Part shown: positions 19,321 to 28,868 of the stretch, one piece after another
Layout of the letters: every line of letters starts with the position of its first letter
Position numbering within the stretch: the stretch's first letter is position 1
Assembly: GCA_944341445.1 (NCBI GenBank)
Contig: CALVLZ010000003.1
Location: forward strand, 156,448-220,447
Reading direction: 5' to 3'
Source: an uncultured Clostridia bacterium
GTDB taxonomy: Bacteria; Bacillota; Clostridia; Christensenellales; UBA1242
DNA length: 64,000 bases
Made by a program: the position numbers and the translations under genes
The notes under the pieces: generated by a model
What the model saw: the letters and a program-made list of their open reading frames with translations, nothing else
What the model was told of the DNA's origin: nothing
Databases searched by the model: none

Positions 19321-20202
19321 ATGACTAACTTTAATTTATATAAAATATTTATGGTTGTTGCAGAACAAAAAAATATAACTAAAGCAAGTGAAGTGTTGCA
19401 CATTTCACAACCAGCTTTATCTTTTAATATTAAACAACTAGAAGAAGATTTGAATTGCGAGTTGTTTATTAGAAAAAATAAAGGAGTTGAATTATCAGCT
19501 CTTGGAAAACTTTTATATGAAAAGGTATCACCTATAATAAACAAATTGGAAGAACTTGAAAATTTTTCCTTAGACCAAAAACTTTTAAAAGAAGGTTTAA
19601 TAAAAATTGGCGTTAACTCCGCAAACTCTAATCAAATAATAGGAACTTCAATTAACGCTTTTGCTAGAAAATTTCCTAATGTTTATATTAAGATAGTTAG
19701 ATTATCTCAAAAAGAATTGTTAGAAAAGTTATCTAATAACGAATTAGATTTAATATTTATTGATTATTGCAATCTTGAAAACAATTTAGAGATTATTAAG
19801 GAATACTCTGCTAATTATCAATTACTTGGTAATAAAGATTATTATGATAAATATAAAAATCTTAATATTTTATCAAAAGATTTTCCAATTAACGATATAA
19901 TATTACCCACTCCAAACAACAAATCTAGAGAATATATTGATAAGTTTCTTAATGACAATAACATATTGGTTAATGTCAAATACGAACTAGATAACTACAG
20001 TTTGTTATATGACTTTGTTAAAGATGGTTTGGGAATAGCATTTTTTAATTCAGACTATTATATAAAAGAACTTAAAAATGGAAAAGTTTTTATATTATCA
20101 AAAAACCTAAAAATAGACGCAAGAAAATTTATTTGTGTTCATAATAAAAATCTCTATAATCCATCTAAAACAGAACTTATTAAAATAATAAAAAACAATT
20201 AA
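19321..20202 (+). CDS. LysR-family transcriptional regulator
   Basis: N-terminal wHTH FMVVAEQKNITKASEVLHISQPALSFNIKQLEEDLNCELFIR plus a substrate-binding domain of typical length. It is divergent from the ThyX-like gene. Confidence 0.9.
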   Translation: MTNFNLYKIFMVVAEQKNITKASEVLHISQPALSFNIKQLEEDLNCELFIRKNKGVELSALGKLLYEKVSPIINKLEELENFSLDQKLLKEGLIKIGVNSANSNQIIGTSINAFARKFPNVYIKIVRLSQKELLEKLSNNELDLIFIDYCNLENNLEIIKEYSANYQLLGNKDYYDKYKNLNILSKDFPINDIILPTPNNKSREYIDKFLNDNNILVNVKYELDNYSLLYDFVKDGLGIAFFNSDYYIKELKNGKVFILSKNLKIDARKFICVHNKNLYNPSKTELIKIIKNN

Positions 20203-20217
20203 AAAGGAATTCTTAGA

Positions 20218-20763
20218 ATGTATATAACTTCACAAATTTTAGTATGTATAGCAGATATATTTTATGTATTATCAATGCTTTCAAAAAAGAAAATTAACTT
20301 ATTAATGCTTTTAATAATATCAGATGTTTTATTTGCGGCACATTATTTCCTACTTGCCGGAGGTTTAGCAGGCGGAGCAACAATTTTGTTAGATGCAGTA
20401 TTTTTAGTTGTTATTTATATTTTAGAAAAGAAAGAAAAAATGCAATACAACAAAATTGCAACAATCATAGCTTCTTGTTTAACAATTATGTTAAGTTTAA
20501 TAACATGGGAAGGTGCGCTTTCTTTATTACCAATGTTTGCAATGCTTAGTTATTTTGCAACAATATGTTTTAAAAATATGGTTATTGTTAAAATTGGTGC
20601 AATTCTAAGAAACTTATTTAACACAATATATCTATTTTTAATTGCATCTTATTTTGGCGGAGGGTTAGGAATAATGTTAATTATTAGTGCAATAGTTGGT
20701 GCAATTTTAAGTTACAAAACAAATAAAAAAGAAAATAACCAAGAAGAAAGCAGTCAAATTTAA
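20218..20763 (+). CDS. small polytopic membrane protein (YgjV-like?)
   Basis: 5-6 TM helices, about 180 aa. The family assignment comes from general resemblance only. Confidence 0.45.
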   Translation: MYITSQILVCIADIFYVLSMLSKKKINLLMLLIISDVLFAAHYFLLAGGLAGGATILLDAVFLVVIYILEKKEKMQYNKIATIIASCLTIMLSLITWEGALSLLPMFAMLSYFATICFKNMVIVKIGAILRNLFNTIYLFLIASYFGGGLGIMLIISAIVGAILSYKTNKKENNQEESSQI

Positions 20764-20825
20764 AGTTAAATTAATTAATTATTTTTAATAATTAAAATAA
20801 AAAAATGTTTAGTTATATTAAAGGC

Positions 20826-20858
20826 AAAAAAAGAACGTTTAAAAACGTTCTTTTTTTT
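20826..20858. terminator. bidirectional intrinsic terminator
   Basis: AAGAACGTTT / AAACGTTCTT stem flanked by A7 and T8. Confidence 0.8.
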
Positions 20859-20870
20859 ATTATATCCAAT

Positions 20871-21434
20871 TTATTTTAATGGTTTAAAATCATTTGCCAT
20901 TCTTGCGGTATAACCAGCTTCTATATTTTTTGCACTGTTTTCGTCTATTTTGTGATATTTATATAATCCATCAAAATCTCTTAAAACTTCCTCATTTAAT
21001 TTAACGATTGAATTTTGCAAATTAGAAATTGCTTTATTGCAAGCACATTTATGTTTTAGTCCTTGAATTTCTTGTTTATTCTGAGAACTTAACTCCCATT
21101 CAGCAAAATCAGCAACAGCACTTACAGCTTCTCTATAGCATTTTGTTAAGTTATACTTTCCCCACATTCTTCTAAAATATGCAATTTCTATATTTGCATT
21201 TGTTGCATAATTAAAGGTACCCAATTTTTTAAAAAAAACTTTTGTGTTTTCCGCAACCATCTTTTCCAACTCATTTAAGTTTTGAACAAAGCTTTTTAAA
21301 TCTTCTGAAGCTGTTGGTTTATCTTCAGGAAATCTCATTTTTGCATTACACTTAATTTGATAAAAAATGCCTGTTGCAGCATTAAAATCAACTTTTGCTC
21401 TTTCCATTAATTCTTCAAATTTTTTATTTCTCAT
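20871..21434 (-). CDS. hypothetical protein (helical)
   Basis: 187-aa ORF preceded by an SD-like AAGGAAAGGTG. No motif recognised. Confidence 0.5.
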   Translation of the reverse strand: MRNKKFEELMERAKVDFNAATGIFYQIKCNAKMRFPEDKPTASEDLKSFVQNLNELEKMVAENTKVFFKKLGTFNYATNANIEIAYFRRMWGKYNLTKCYREAVSAVADFAEWELSSQNKQEIQGLKHKCACNKAISNLQNSIVKLNEEVLRDFDGLYKYHKIDENSAKNIEAGYTARMANDFKPLK

Positions 21435-21597
21435 ATAACACCTTTCCTTGTAACTATAATATACAATAAAAATTACCCACTGTCAATATGTGTTATCTAC
21501 TAATTTGTTAACAATAAGTTATCTCTATCAACACTACTTTGAACTCAATTTAAAAAATATGCATATTATAAAATAATAATATTAAAAGGAGAAATTT

Positions 21598-22887
21598 ATG
21601 TGCTGTTCTAATAATAATTGTAACAATTGCTGCAATGATAAAATTAAAAGAACCATTGTTAATAATACTTACTTTGATGCAGGCACTGGCCCTACTGGTC
21701 CAACTGGTCCTACTGGTCCATCCGGAACAGGCCCCACTGGTCCTACTGGTCCAACTGGTCCTACTGGCACCACAGGTTTAACAGGCGCACGTGGTTTAAC
21801 AGGTTCAACAGGTCCTACCGGACCTACCGGTCCTCAAGGCAACACCGGAGCAACTGGTGCAATGGGTGCAACAGGTCCAACCGGTCCTACTGGCCCTCAA
21901 GGTGACGCAGGCCCACAAGGTGCAACAGGTCCTACTGGTCCATCTGGAACTGGCCCTACTGGCCCTACTGGTCCTACCGGGCCTCAGGGTGCACAGGGAG
22001 AAACTGGACCTACCGGGCCTTCTGGAACTGGGCCAACTGGGCCTATTGGCCCTACTGGCCCACAGGGTGCAGAAGGTGCAACAGGACCTACCGGGCCTAC
22101 CGGTCCTACTGGGCCTCAAGGTGATGCAGGCCCACAGGGTGCAGAAGGTGCAACCGGTCCTACTGGTCCAACCGGTCCTACAGGACCTCAAGGTATAACA
22201 GGATTACAAGGTGCTGAAGGAGCAACCGGTCCTACTGGTCCTGAAGGTCCAACAGGCCCACAGGGAGAAATAGGTCCAACCGGACCAACTGGAGATACAG
22301 GTGCAACTGGTGCTGAGGGGGCAACCGGACCTACCGGTCCTACCGGACCGCAAGGAACCGAGGGAGCAACCGGACCTACTGGCCCTACTGGTCCAACTGG
22401 TCCTGAGGGTCCTACCGGTCCAACAGCTATTGCAGGTCTTGCTGCGTTTGGCGGAGCATATAATCCAACAACTCAAACACAATTACTCGCAAGAACCAAC
22501 AACTATGTTCCTTTGCAACTTTCAACTTCACTTCCGCTAAACAACGTAACACATTGTGATGATACTATAAATATTACAAAGAGCGGTAATTATGAAATAT
22601 ACTATTCTGTGTTTGTTGGTTCTCAAACTGAAGACACTGTTAGCGCAACTGTTAGAAGCAATGGAAATGAAATACCACAACTAACAACAACACAGAAACT
22701 TTCAGTTACTAATCAAAGTGCATCAGAATATGGTTCTTCTTTCACAGGAAATGCTTTGGCATACTTGAATGCTGGCGATAGAGTTGATTTAGCAATAAAA
22801 AGTTTAACAGGCAACAATCCAAGTTTATTAATTGGTTCTAATAATGATTGCATTTTACTTGTTAAACTTTTAGATGCTCAACTTTAA
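21598..22887 (+). CDS. collagen-like triple-helix repeat protein with BclA/C1q-like C-terminal domain
   Basis: Residues 29-276 are almost pure Gly-X-Y ([12 protein letters not shown]). The N-terminus is [12 protein letters not shown], and the C-terminal ~150 aa are a beta-rich globular domain resembling BclA_C. AAGGAG SD upstream. Confidence 0.9.
   Translation: MCCSNNNCNNCCNDKIKRTIVNNTYFDAGTGPTGPTGPTGPSGTGPTGPTGPTGPTGTTGLTGARGLTGSTGPTGPTGPQGNTGATGAMGATGPTGPTGPQGDAGPQGATGPTGPSGTGPTGPTGPTGPQGAQGETGPTGPSGTGPTGPIGPTGPQGAEGATGPTGPTGPTGPQGDAGPQGAEGATGPTGPTGPTGPQGITGLQGAEGATGPTGPEGPTGPQGEIGPTGPTGDTGATGAEGATGPTGPTGPQGTEGATGPTGPTGPTGPEGPTGPTAIAGLAAFGGAYNPTTQTQLLARTNNYVPLQLSTSLPLNNVTHCDDTINITKSGNYEIYYSVFVGSQTEDTVSATVRSNGNEIPQLTTTQKLSVTNQSASEYGSSFTGNALAYLNAGDRVDLAIKSLTGNNPSLLIGSNNDCILLVKLLDAQL
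21682..22425 (+). repeat. GC-rich triplet-periodic (GGN-CCN-ACN) coding repeat of the collagen-like region
   Basis: About 248 codons of GXY. Locally much more GC-rich than the surrounding sequence, with long near-identical 9-27 nt units. Confidence 0.9.
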
Positions 22888-22912
22888 TAGCAACATTTCA
22901 ATAATGTAAAAT

Positions 22913-22940
22913 AAAAGAGGCTTTAAGCCTCTTTTATTTT
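22913..22940 (+). terminator. intrinsic terminator
   Basis: AGAGGC-ttta-GCCTCT hairpin followed by a T-run. Confidence 0.75.
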
Positions 22941-23049
22941 AATTTAACAACAAAGTTTTAAACTTATAAATAAAATATTGACATTGATTTAATTTGCTTT
23001 ATTTTTTTAAATTAAATATAATTAAAATAATGCTAAAGGAGAAAAGATT

Positions 23050-23268
23050 ATGGCAAAAAGAAAAAGATATTTTGGATTAAGCTTTATTTGGAGTTTAATA
23101 ATTGCAATAATCCCTGTTACAAGTTGGATTTGTGGCGCAGTTGAAAGAATATGCAGAGGTCATGTTATAGCAGGCATTTTACAACTTATTCCGCCAATCA
23201 CTGTTGTATTCTGGGTTGCAGATATTATAACCATGATAGTCTTTAGAGATTTAACAATATTTGCATAA
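23050..23268 (+). CDS. small two-TM membrane protein
   Basis: 72-aa ORF with AAGGAG SD and two hydrophobic helices. Confidence 0.55.
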   Translation: MAKRKRYFGLSFIWSLIIAIIPVTSWICGAVERICRGHVIAGILQLIPPITVVFWVADIITMIVFRDLTIFA

Positions 23269-23270
23269 AG

Positions 23271-23297
23271 AAAGAGCAATAAACTTGCTCTTTTTTT
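23271..23297 (+). terminator. intrinsic terminator
   Basis: AAAGAGCAA-taaac-TTGCTCTTT hairpin followed by T-run. Confidence 0.75.
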
Positions 23298-23378
23298 ATT
23301 TAATTAACAACATCACTATTGAAATTATTTTTAATTTATGCTAATCTTATCTTATAATAATTTTTAAAGGGTTAACAT

Positions 23379-23984
23379 ATGAAAAGTTATAAAATTTCCA
23401 CAGATGAATTAAAAAATGTTAGAAGATATTACGGTGCGAACTATGTTAATATTGCAGAAGTTGATGAAAATGCTTATGTTTTTATAAGAAATTCAGAATT
23501 TATTCTTAGAGTTTCAAGCAAGTTATCTTTTTATTTACGCCATTATTATGAGGATTATCTTAAAGATATAGAACAACAAAAAAAATGTTTGTTAGAAGAA
23601 AGAGCAAAGGAAACTGACACTCGCAAAAAACAAGAAATAACTAACTCTATACGAAAATATAATGACTTAATATCAAGATGCAACTCTGGTTACTCAGATT
23701 ATTCCTATATTGCTTATCCTATAAAAATAAAAGATTATTTTTATTTGCTATCAATAGACAAAAAACTTGAAGAAAAATTCGGCAGATATCCTATTGCTAA
23801 AATTTTAGAAAACAATGTTAGAGATAAAGAGAACACAATTATTAGTGTTCAATACCCAAAGGAAACAGTTCTTACACTCGATTTTAATTTTAGAGTTGAA
23901 GACTTTGAAAAATTTGAAGAAGTTGGCACTAACGAAGAAGTTAAAGATAATAAAACTTCACAAAACTTAACTAAAAAAAGATAA
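23379..23984 (+). CDS. hypothetical protein
   Basis: 201-aa ORF with no motif recognised. Confidence 0.5.
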   Translation: MKSYKISTDELKNVRRYYGANYVNIAEVDENAYVFIRNSEFILRVSSKLSFYLRHYYEDYLKDIEQQKKCLLEERAKETDTRKKQEITNSIRKYNDLISRCNSGYSDYSYIAYPIKIKDYFYLLSIDKKLEEKFGRYPIAKILENNVRDKENTIISVQYPKETVLTLDFNFRVEDFEKFEEVGTNEEVKDNKTSQNLTKKR

Positions 23985-24015
23985 AAATGCAGTTAAATTT
24001 AACTGCATTTTTTAT
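23984..24015. terminator. bidirectional intrinsic terminator
   Basis: AAATGCAGTT(aaattt)AACTGCATTT long hairpin flanked by A- and T-runs, between convergent genes. Confidence 0.8.
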
Positions 24016-24016
24016 T

Positions 24017-25405
24017 TTAAAATTGCAAGTTGCCAACAGTTCTTGGGAACAATTCAACATCTCTAATATTTCCCATTCCTGTTACATACATAATTAATCT
24101 TTCAAAGCCTAAGCCATATCCAGAATGTTTGCAACCACCATATCTTCTTAAATTAATATAGAATTCGTAATCTTCTTCTTTTAGTCCAAGTTCTTTAATT
24201 CTATTAGTTAAAACATCCACACGTTCTTCACGTTGACTTCCACCAATTAATTCTCCAACACCTGGCACAAGCAAATCAACAGCTGCAACGGTTTTGTTAT
24301 CATCGTTTAATCTCATATAGAATGCTTTAATATCTTTTGGATAATCTGTTAAGAAAACAGGTTTTTTATAAACTTGTTCTGTTAAATATCTTTCGTGTTC
24401 GCTTTGCAAATCAATACCCCAAGAAACAGGATATTCAAATTTGTCTTTAACTTTTTCTAAGATTTCAATTGCTTTTGTGTAAGGAAGTCTAACAAAGTCT
24501 TCATCAACAATATTTTTTAATCTTTCTAATAATCCATTATCAACAAACTTATTTAAAAATTCAAGTTCATCTGCACATTTTTCCATCAAACCAGATATAA
24601 CGTATTTAATCATTTCTTCTTCATTATCCATTAAACCGTTAATATCTGTAAAGCACATTTCTGGTTCCATCATCCAAAATTCAGCAGCGTGTCTTGAAGT
24701 GTTGCTGTTTTCTGCTCTAAAAGTTGGGCCAAAAGTGTATGTGTTTTTAAATGCGTGCGTGAAGCACTCTTCATTTAATTGTCCAGAAACTGTTAAGCTT
24801 GCTTTTTTACCAAAGAAATCTTGTTTATAATCAACTTGTCCATCTTCAGTTTTAGGAACGTTGTTCAAATCAAGCGTTGTAACTTGAAACATTTCTCCTG
24901 CTCCTTCGCAGTCACTTGAAGTGATAATTGGAGTGTTAACATAAACGAAATCTTTTTCATTAAAAAATTTGTGAATTAAAAATGCTGCAACACTACGAAT
25001 TCTGAACACTGCGTTGAATGTGTTTGTTCTTGCTCTTAAATATGCAATTTCTCTTAAAAATTCAAGTGAGTGACGTTTCTTTTGTAAAGGATAATCTAAA
25101 GCACATTCTCCTTCGACTTCAACTTTTGTTGCTTGAATTTCAAATGGTTGTTTGTTTTCTGGTGTTAAAACCACAACACCTGTTATGTTAAATGAAGCTC
25201 CGCTATTTTGCTTAACAACTTCCGCATAATTTTGTAAATCATCTGAGTTTAAAACAATTTGAACCCCTTTAAAGAAACCATCGTTTAATTCTATAAAAGC
25301 AATTGTTTTACTATCTCTAATAGTTCTTGCCCAGCCAGAAATTTCAACAGTTTTGTTTGCGTAATCATTGAAATTTTTGTTAAGCATTTTAGTAGTAACT
25401 TTCAT
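24017..25405 (-). CDS. asnS: asparagine--tRNA ligase
   Basis: [21 protein letters not shown] (class IIb motif 2 region specific to AsnRS) and GGSQREER ... GYGLGFERL (motif 3). 462 aa. Confidence 0.95.
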   Translation of the reverse strand: MKVTTKMLNKNFNDYANKTVEISGWARTIRDSKTIAFIELNDGFFKGVQIVLNSDDLQNYAEVVKQNSGASFNITGVVVLTPENKQPFEIQATKVEVEGECALDYPLQKKRHSLEFLREIAYLRARTNTFNAVFRIRSVAAFLIHKFFNEKDFVYVNTPIITSSDCEGAGEMFQVTTLDLNNVPKTEDGQVDYKQDFFGKKASLTVSGQLNEECFTHAFKNTYTFGPTFRAENSNTSRHAAEFWMMEPEMCFTDINGLMDNEEEMIKYVISGLMEKCADELEFLNKFVDNGLLERLKNIVDEDFVRLPYTKAIEILEKVKDKFEYPVSWGIDLQSEHERYLTEQVYKKPVFLTDYPKDIKAFYMRLNDDNKTVAAVDLLVPGVGELIGGSQREERVDVLTNRIKELGLKEEDYEFYINLRRYGGCKHSGYGLGFERLIMYVTGMGNIRDVELFPRTVGNLQF

Positions 25406-25504
25406 AATATCTCCTTATAAATTTAATTTCTACTAAGTTTAATACAAATATAATAAAAAATCAATAATATTTAAGCACTAAAATCCGTAATAATAAACAA
25501 AAGA

Positions 25505-25536
25505 AAGCAAAAAACGCAAAAAATTAATCTTGCGTT
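25505..25536 (-). terminator. possible intrinsic terminator of the upstream glycosyltransferase gene
   Basis: ACGCAA / TTGCGT 6-bp stem with the stop codon in the loop, followed on the minus strand by T6. Confidence 0.45.
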
Positions 25537-26756
25537 TTTAAAGTTTTCTTTTTATTAATTTCATCCATAATAATATCTGCAATTTGAGAAGAGCCGTTTT
25601 GTGATTTATCCAAATTTAATTTAATGTTTTCTTTATAAACATTTAATAGTTCTGGGTTTTTAATCCACTCTTCAACTTGCAAGCGTGCCTTTTTCTTTTT
25701 ATAAATTGCAACGCCACAGCCCATAACATTAACAAACAAGTTTATTGCAGCCTTTTCCATATTTTGTGCATAGAAATTTGCTAAAACCGGTGTGCCCATA
25801 TATAAACTATCTAAAATTGCATTTGGACCACCCTTTGTAATAAACACATCGCAAGCGCCATATAGTTCATAAGCAGTTTCAGTGAAGCCCATTGGAATTA
25901 ATGTTATGTTTGGTTTTGTTTTTCCAACTTTCTTTTTAAAATACTCTAAAACTTTTTCATTTTTGCCAGCAAGCATAACGATTGTTAAAGGTAAATCTGT
26001 TTTTAACAATTCGTCAGTATATTTTTTAGCATTTGCACCAGCGTATGCACCATCTGCAACAATAACTGCAAATTTATCTAGTGGAATACCGTATTTTTTA
26101 CGATATTCTTCTTTTGTTCCGTTTGCTTTAACAACAGCTTCTCTTGCTGTGAAGAAAACACGTTTTAAAGCCTCTGGTTTAAATTTACGTTTTTCAATTG
26201 CTTCTTTAACAGCAACATCATTGTTGGTAATAAATATTTCACTTCTGTTATCCCACCAGCAATGAACATTGTTATCTGGGTCATAAGTAATAACGGTTAA
26301 ATTTGGCATATATCTGCGTTTTAATTCTATTGCACAAAGTGTTATAAAATGGTGTGTTGAAATAACAACATCTGGGTTACGTTTTCTCATTGCTTCAATA
26401 GTTGCGTCTGTTGCTTTTTTGAAAAGTGTTTTATGCACTAATTCTAAAAATCTTTGTTTGCCTAATGCTTCAATTAGCCAAAACATAAAAGCACCATAGC
26501 CTTTTATTTTGTTTGTTATTTTAACTTGATTGCATAAAAATTTTTCAAACTTAATTTGTGTTTTATCATTATCACACTTCATTATTTCTTCTTCAACAAT
26601 ATCAAGTTCTTTGCCGTATTTTTCTTTTAATTTATTAGCAATGGCTTGAGCGCTCATAATGTGGCCCATACCACTTTCAATATAAGTTATTAAAACTCTT
26701 GGTTTCTTATTTTCTGTTGTTGTAATTTCTTTTGTATTATTAGTTTCCTTTTCCAT
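25524..26756 (-). CDS. diacylglycerol glycosyltransferase, MGDG-synthase-like (GT28 family)
   Basis: N-terminal ITYIESGMGHIMSAQAI and the C-terminal ITKGGPNAILDSLYMGTP nucleotide-sugar-binding region are typical of UgtP/MGDG-synthase-like enzymes. It is a paralog of 28869-30059. Confidence 0.75.
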   Translation of the reverse strand: MEKETNNTKEITTTENKKPRVLITYIESGMGHIMSAQAIANKLKEKYGKELDIVEEEIMKCDNDKTQIKFEKFLCNQVKITNKIKGYGAFMFWLIEALGKQRFLELVHKTLFKKATDATIEAMRKRNPDVVISTHHFITLCAIELKRRYMPNLTVITYDPDNNVHCWWDNRSEIFITNNDVAVKEAIEKRKFKPEALKRVFFTAREAVVKANGTKEEYRKKYGIPLDKFAVIVADGAYAGANAKKYTDELLKTDLPLTIVMLAGKNEKVLEYFKKKVGKTKPNITLIPMGFTETAYELYGACDVFITKGGPNAILDSLYMGTPVLANFYAQNMEKAAINLFVNVMGCGVAIYKKKKARLQVEEWIKNPELLNVYKENIKLNLDKSQNGSSQIADIIMDEINKKKTLKTQD

Positions 26757-27337
26757 TCAAATCCTCATAAACTAAAATTTTTGTATAATGTATACAAATA
26801 TTTTATAATAAATAACAATTAAAAACAAATAAATAAAACAACTAATAAAATTATTTACATTTTTACAAAATTATTAACTTTTTCTGTAACACAATTGTTG
26901 AAAAAAACATAATAATAAGTAAGGGGTAAGGTGCTGATTGTTTATTTAATGCAATATGTAATTTATTAGTTATATAATTATAAATCAATAATTTATTGTG
27001 TATTTTAAAATAATTGAAAAGTACTTTTTGTGCATTAAATAATTATAATTTGAATATATAAAATTGAATTTTGGTAACACTTTAAAAGCAAAATTTAAAA
27101 AAAGTTTATATAAAAATAGTGTAACATTTTTTAATATGTTATTAGGAAATAAATTTAATTTCGGTTAAGTTGTTATTGCAATATTTTATTAACCACCATA
27201 AAACACTTTTGATGTTTTGAAATTAAAAAAACAACCTTTTCCCCTAGGCAACTATTTTATTGTTAGTTTAAGAATATTTAGAAAATTAATAAAACAAAAA
27301 ATAGCCCTAACTTAGCACATTTTATTTAATAGTGCCA

Positions 27338-27369
27338 TAAAAAAACACCACATAAAAGTGGTGTTTTTG
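27338..27369 (-). terminator. intrinsic terminator of aspS
   Basis: ACACCAC-ataaaa-GTGGTGT hairpin followed on the minus strand by T7. Confidence 0.75.
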
Positions 27370-27378
27370 TTTTTATAA

Positions 27379-28668
27379 TTATGGTTTAATTCTATTTGGT
27401 CCACGGAAAATGTAGCAAACTTCTTTAATTGTTTGCAAGTTTAAAAGTTTAACAAAGAATCTTGCAAGACCCAAACCTAAACCACCATGTGGAGGGCAAC
27501 CATACTTGAAAAATTCTAAATAATCTTTCATATTTTCACTGTTGATGCCTTTTTCTTCAATTTGGCTTTTTAAAACATTATATCTGTGTTCACGTTGTGC
27601 CCCACTTGTTATTTCTTGACCATTCCAAATAAGGTCAAAACTTTTTGTATATTTAGGGTCTTCTTCACATTTCATTGAATAAAATGCTCTTGCCTCAAAA
27701 GGATAATCTGTTACAAAAACAAATTCAGAATTATATTTATCTAAAACATATTTTCCAATTAATTTTTCACTTTCTTGGTCTAAATCGTTTTTAATGCTTT
27801 TATATCCGTATTCTTTTTCTAAAATTTCAACAACATCTTTAAACTTTAATCTTGGAATGTTTGTTGGAACAACAACTTTAGTGTTAAACACATTTTCAAG
27901 AACATCGCCATAATTTTGGCTAACACGTTCTAGAACATATTTAATTAAGCCTTCTTCTAAATCCATAACATCATGATGACTTTCAATGTAGCTCATTTCC
28001 ACGTCGAAGCCCATAAATTCAGTTGCGTGACGGTTTGTGAAAGAACTTTCTGCTCTGTAATATGGCCCAATTTCAAACACTTTTTCAAAACCAGCACTCA
28101 TTGCCATTTGCTTATATAATTGTGGGCTTTGAGTTAAAAATGCAGGTTGTCCAAAATAATCAACTTTAAAAACTTCACTTCCCCCTTCACTGCTTTGAAC
28201 TGAAATTTTAGGAGTGTGAATTTCAATTGCATCACAATTAATCATATAATCACGCATACATTTTTCAATAAATGTTGAAATTTTAAAAATTGCAATATTT
28301 TTTGGATCTCTTAAATCAATCCATCTATAATCCATTTTTTGATCAATTGAACTATCTTTAGCAATTGGCAAGGCTTCTGAATAACTTTCAACTTCTAAAC
28401 TTGTTGGAATAAGTTCCATTCCGTTTAATTTAACAAACTCACTTTTGAAAACTTCGCCTGTTATTGTAACAACAGAATCAACTAATAATCCACTAACCTT
28501 TTCTGCTATTTCTGGAAGTTTTTCTTTTTCAATTGTTACTTGAATGCTTCCTGTAATATCTCTAACAACCAAAAATTGCATACTTTTTTTATCACGTAAA
28601 TGTTCAACAAAACCTTGAATTTTAACACTTTTGCAAGGTTCCACTTTTCCTATCATTGTTCTTTGCAT
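27379..28668 (-). CDS. aspS: aspartate--tRNA ligase, archaeal/eukaryotic type (short form without GAD insertion)
   Basis: 429 aa with FEIGPYYRAESSFTNRHATEFMGFDVEMS (motif 2), GAQREHR and GGLGLGLARF (motif 3). It lacks the ~150-aa insertion of bacterial-type AspRS. Confidence 0.88.
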   Translation of the reverse strand: MQRTMIGKVEPCKSVKIQGFVEHLRDKKSMQFLVVRDITGSIQVTIEKEKLPEIAEKVSGLLVDSVVTITGEVFKSEFVKLNGMELIPTSLEVESYSEALPIAKDSSIDQKMDYRWIDLRDPKNIAIFKISTFIEKCMRDYMINCDAIEIHTPKISVQSSEGGSEVFKVDYFGQPAFLTQSPQLYKQMAMSAGFEKVFEIGPYYRAESSFTNRHATEFMGFDVEMSYIESHHDVMDLEEGLIKYVLERVSQNYGDVLENVFNTKVVVPTNIPRLKFKDVVEILEKEYGYKSIKNDLDQESEKLIGKYVLDKYNSEFVFVTDYPFEARAFYSMKCEEDPKYTKSFDLIWNGQEITSGAQREHRYNVLKSQIEEKGINSENMKDYLEFFKYGCPPHGGLGLGLARFFVKLLNLQTIKEVCYIFRGPNRIKP

Positions 28669-28800
28669 AATAATTTAACCTTTATATTCTAATTTTATGA
28701 TAATATAATATCACACTTTTTTTATTTTTTAAATTGTTTTTTTTAATATTTAATAATATTTAACATTATTGCTTAAATTTAAATAAAACAATTTATAAAT

Positions 28801-28829
28801 TTGACCTAGTTTATTATTTATTATAAAAT
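28801..28829 (+). promoter_or_regulatory. candidate sigma-70 promoter of the glycosyltransferase operon
   Basis: TTGACC (28801-28806), a 17-nt spacer, then TAAAAT (28824-28829), about 40 nt upstream of the ATG at 28869. Confidence 0.4.
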
Positions 28830-28868
28830 TAATTATTAAAAACATAAAAGTGAAACGATGTTATTATT

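Noticed and set aside
21805-22540. Four additional ORFs in the track (21805-22191 minus, 21857-22198 plus, 22204-22482 minus, 22301-22540 plus) inside the collagen-like gene
   Set aside because: They are alternative-frame and antisense read-throughs of the GC-rich GGN-CCN-ACN repeat, giving Arg/Ser/Thr/Leu-rich nonsense products. They have no SD and lie entirely within a gene that has a clear GXY product and a C-terminal domain.
25406-25523. T-box leader upstream of asnS (and likewise 28669-28868 upstream of aspS)
   Set aside because: The leaders are only about 118 and 200 nt and almost pure A/T. There is no T-box consensus (..GGTACC.. type 14-mer), specifier-loop architecture or leader terminator/antiterminator pair.
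26915-26945. G-rich island AAGGGGTAAGGTGCTGATTG as an SRP-RNA/4.5S-like fragment or as the SD of a hidden small gene
   Set aside because: There is no GGAA tetraloop/domain IV context or complementary strand to form the SRP helix. Downstream reading frames terminate within 3-8 codons.
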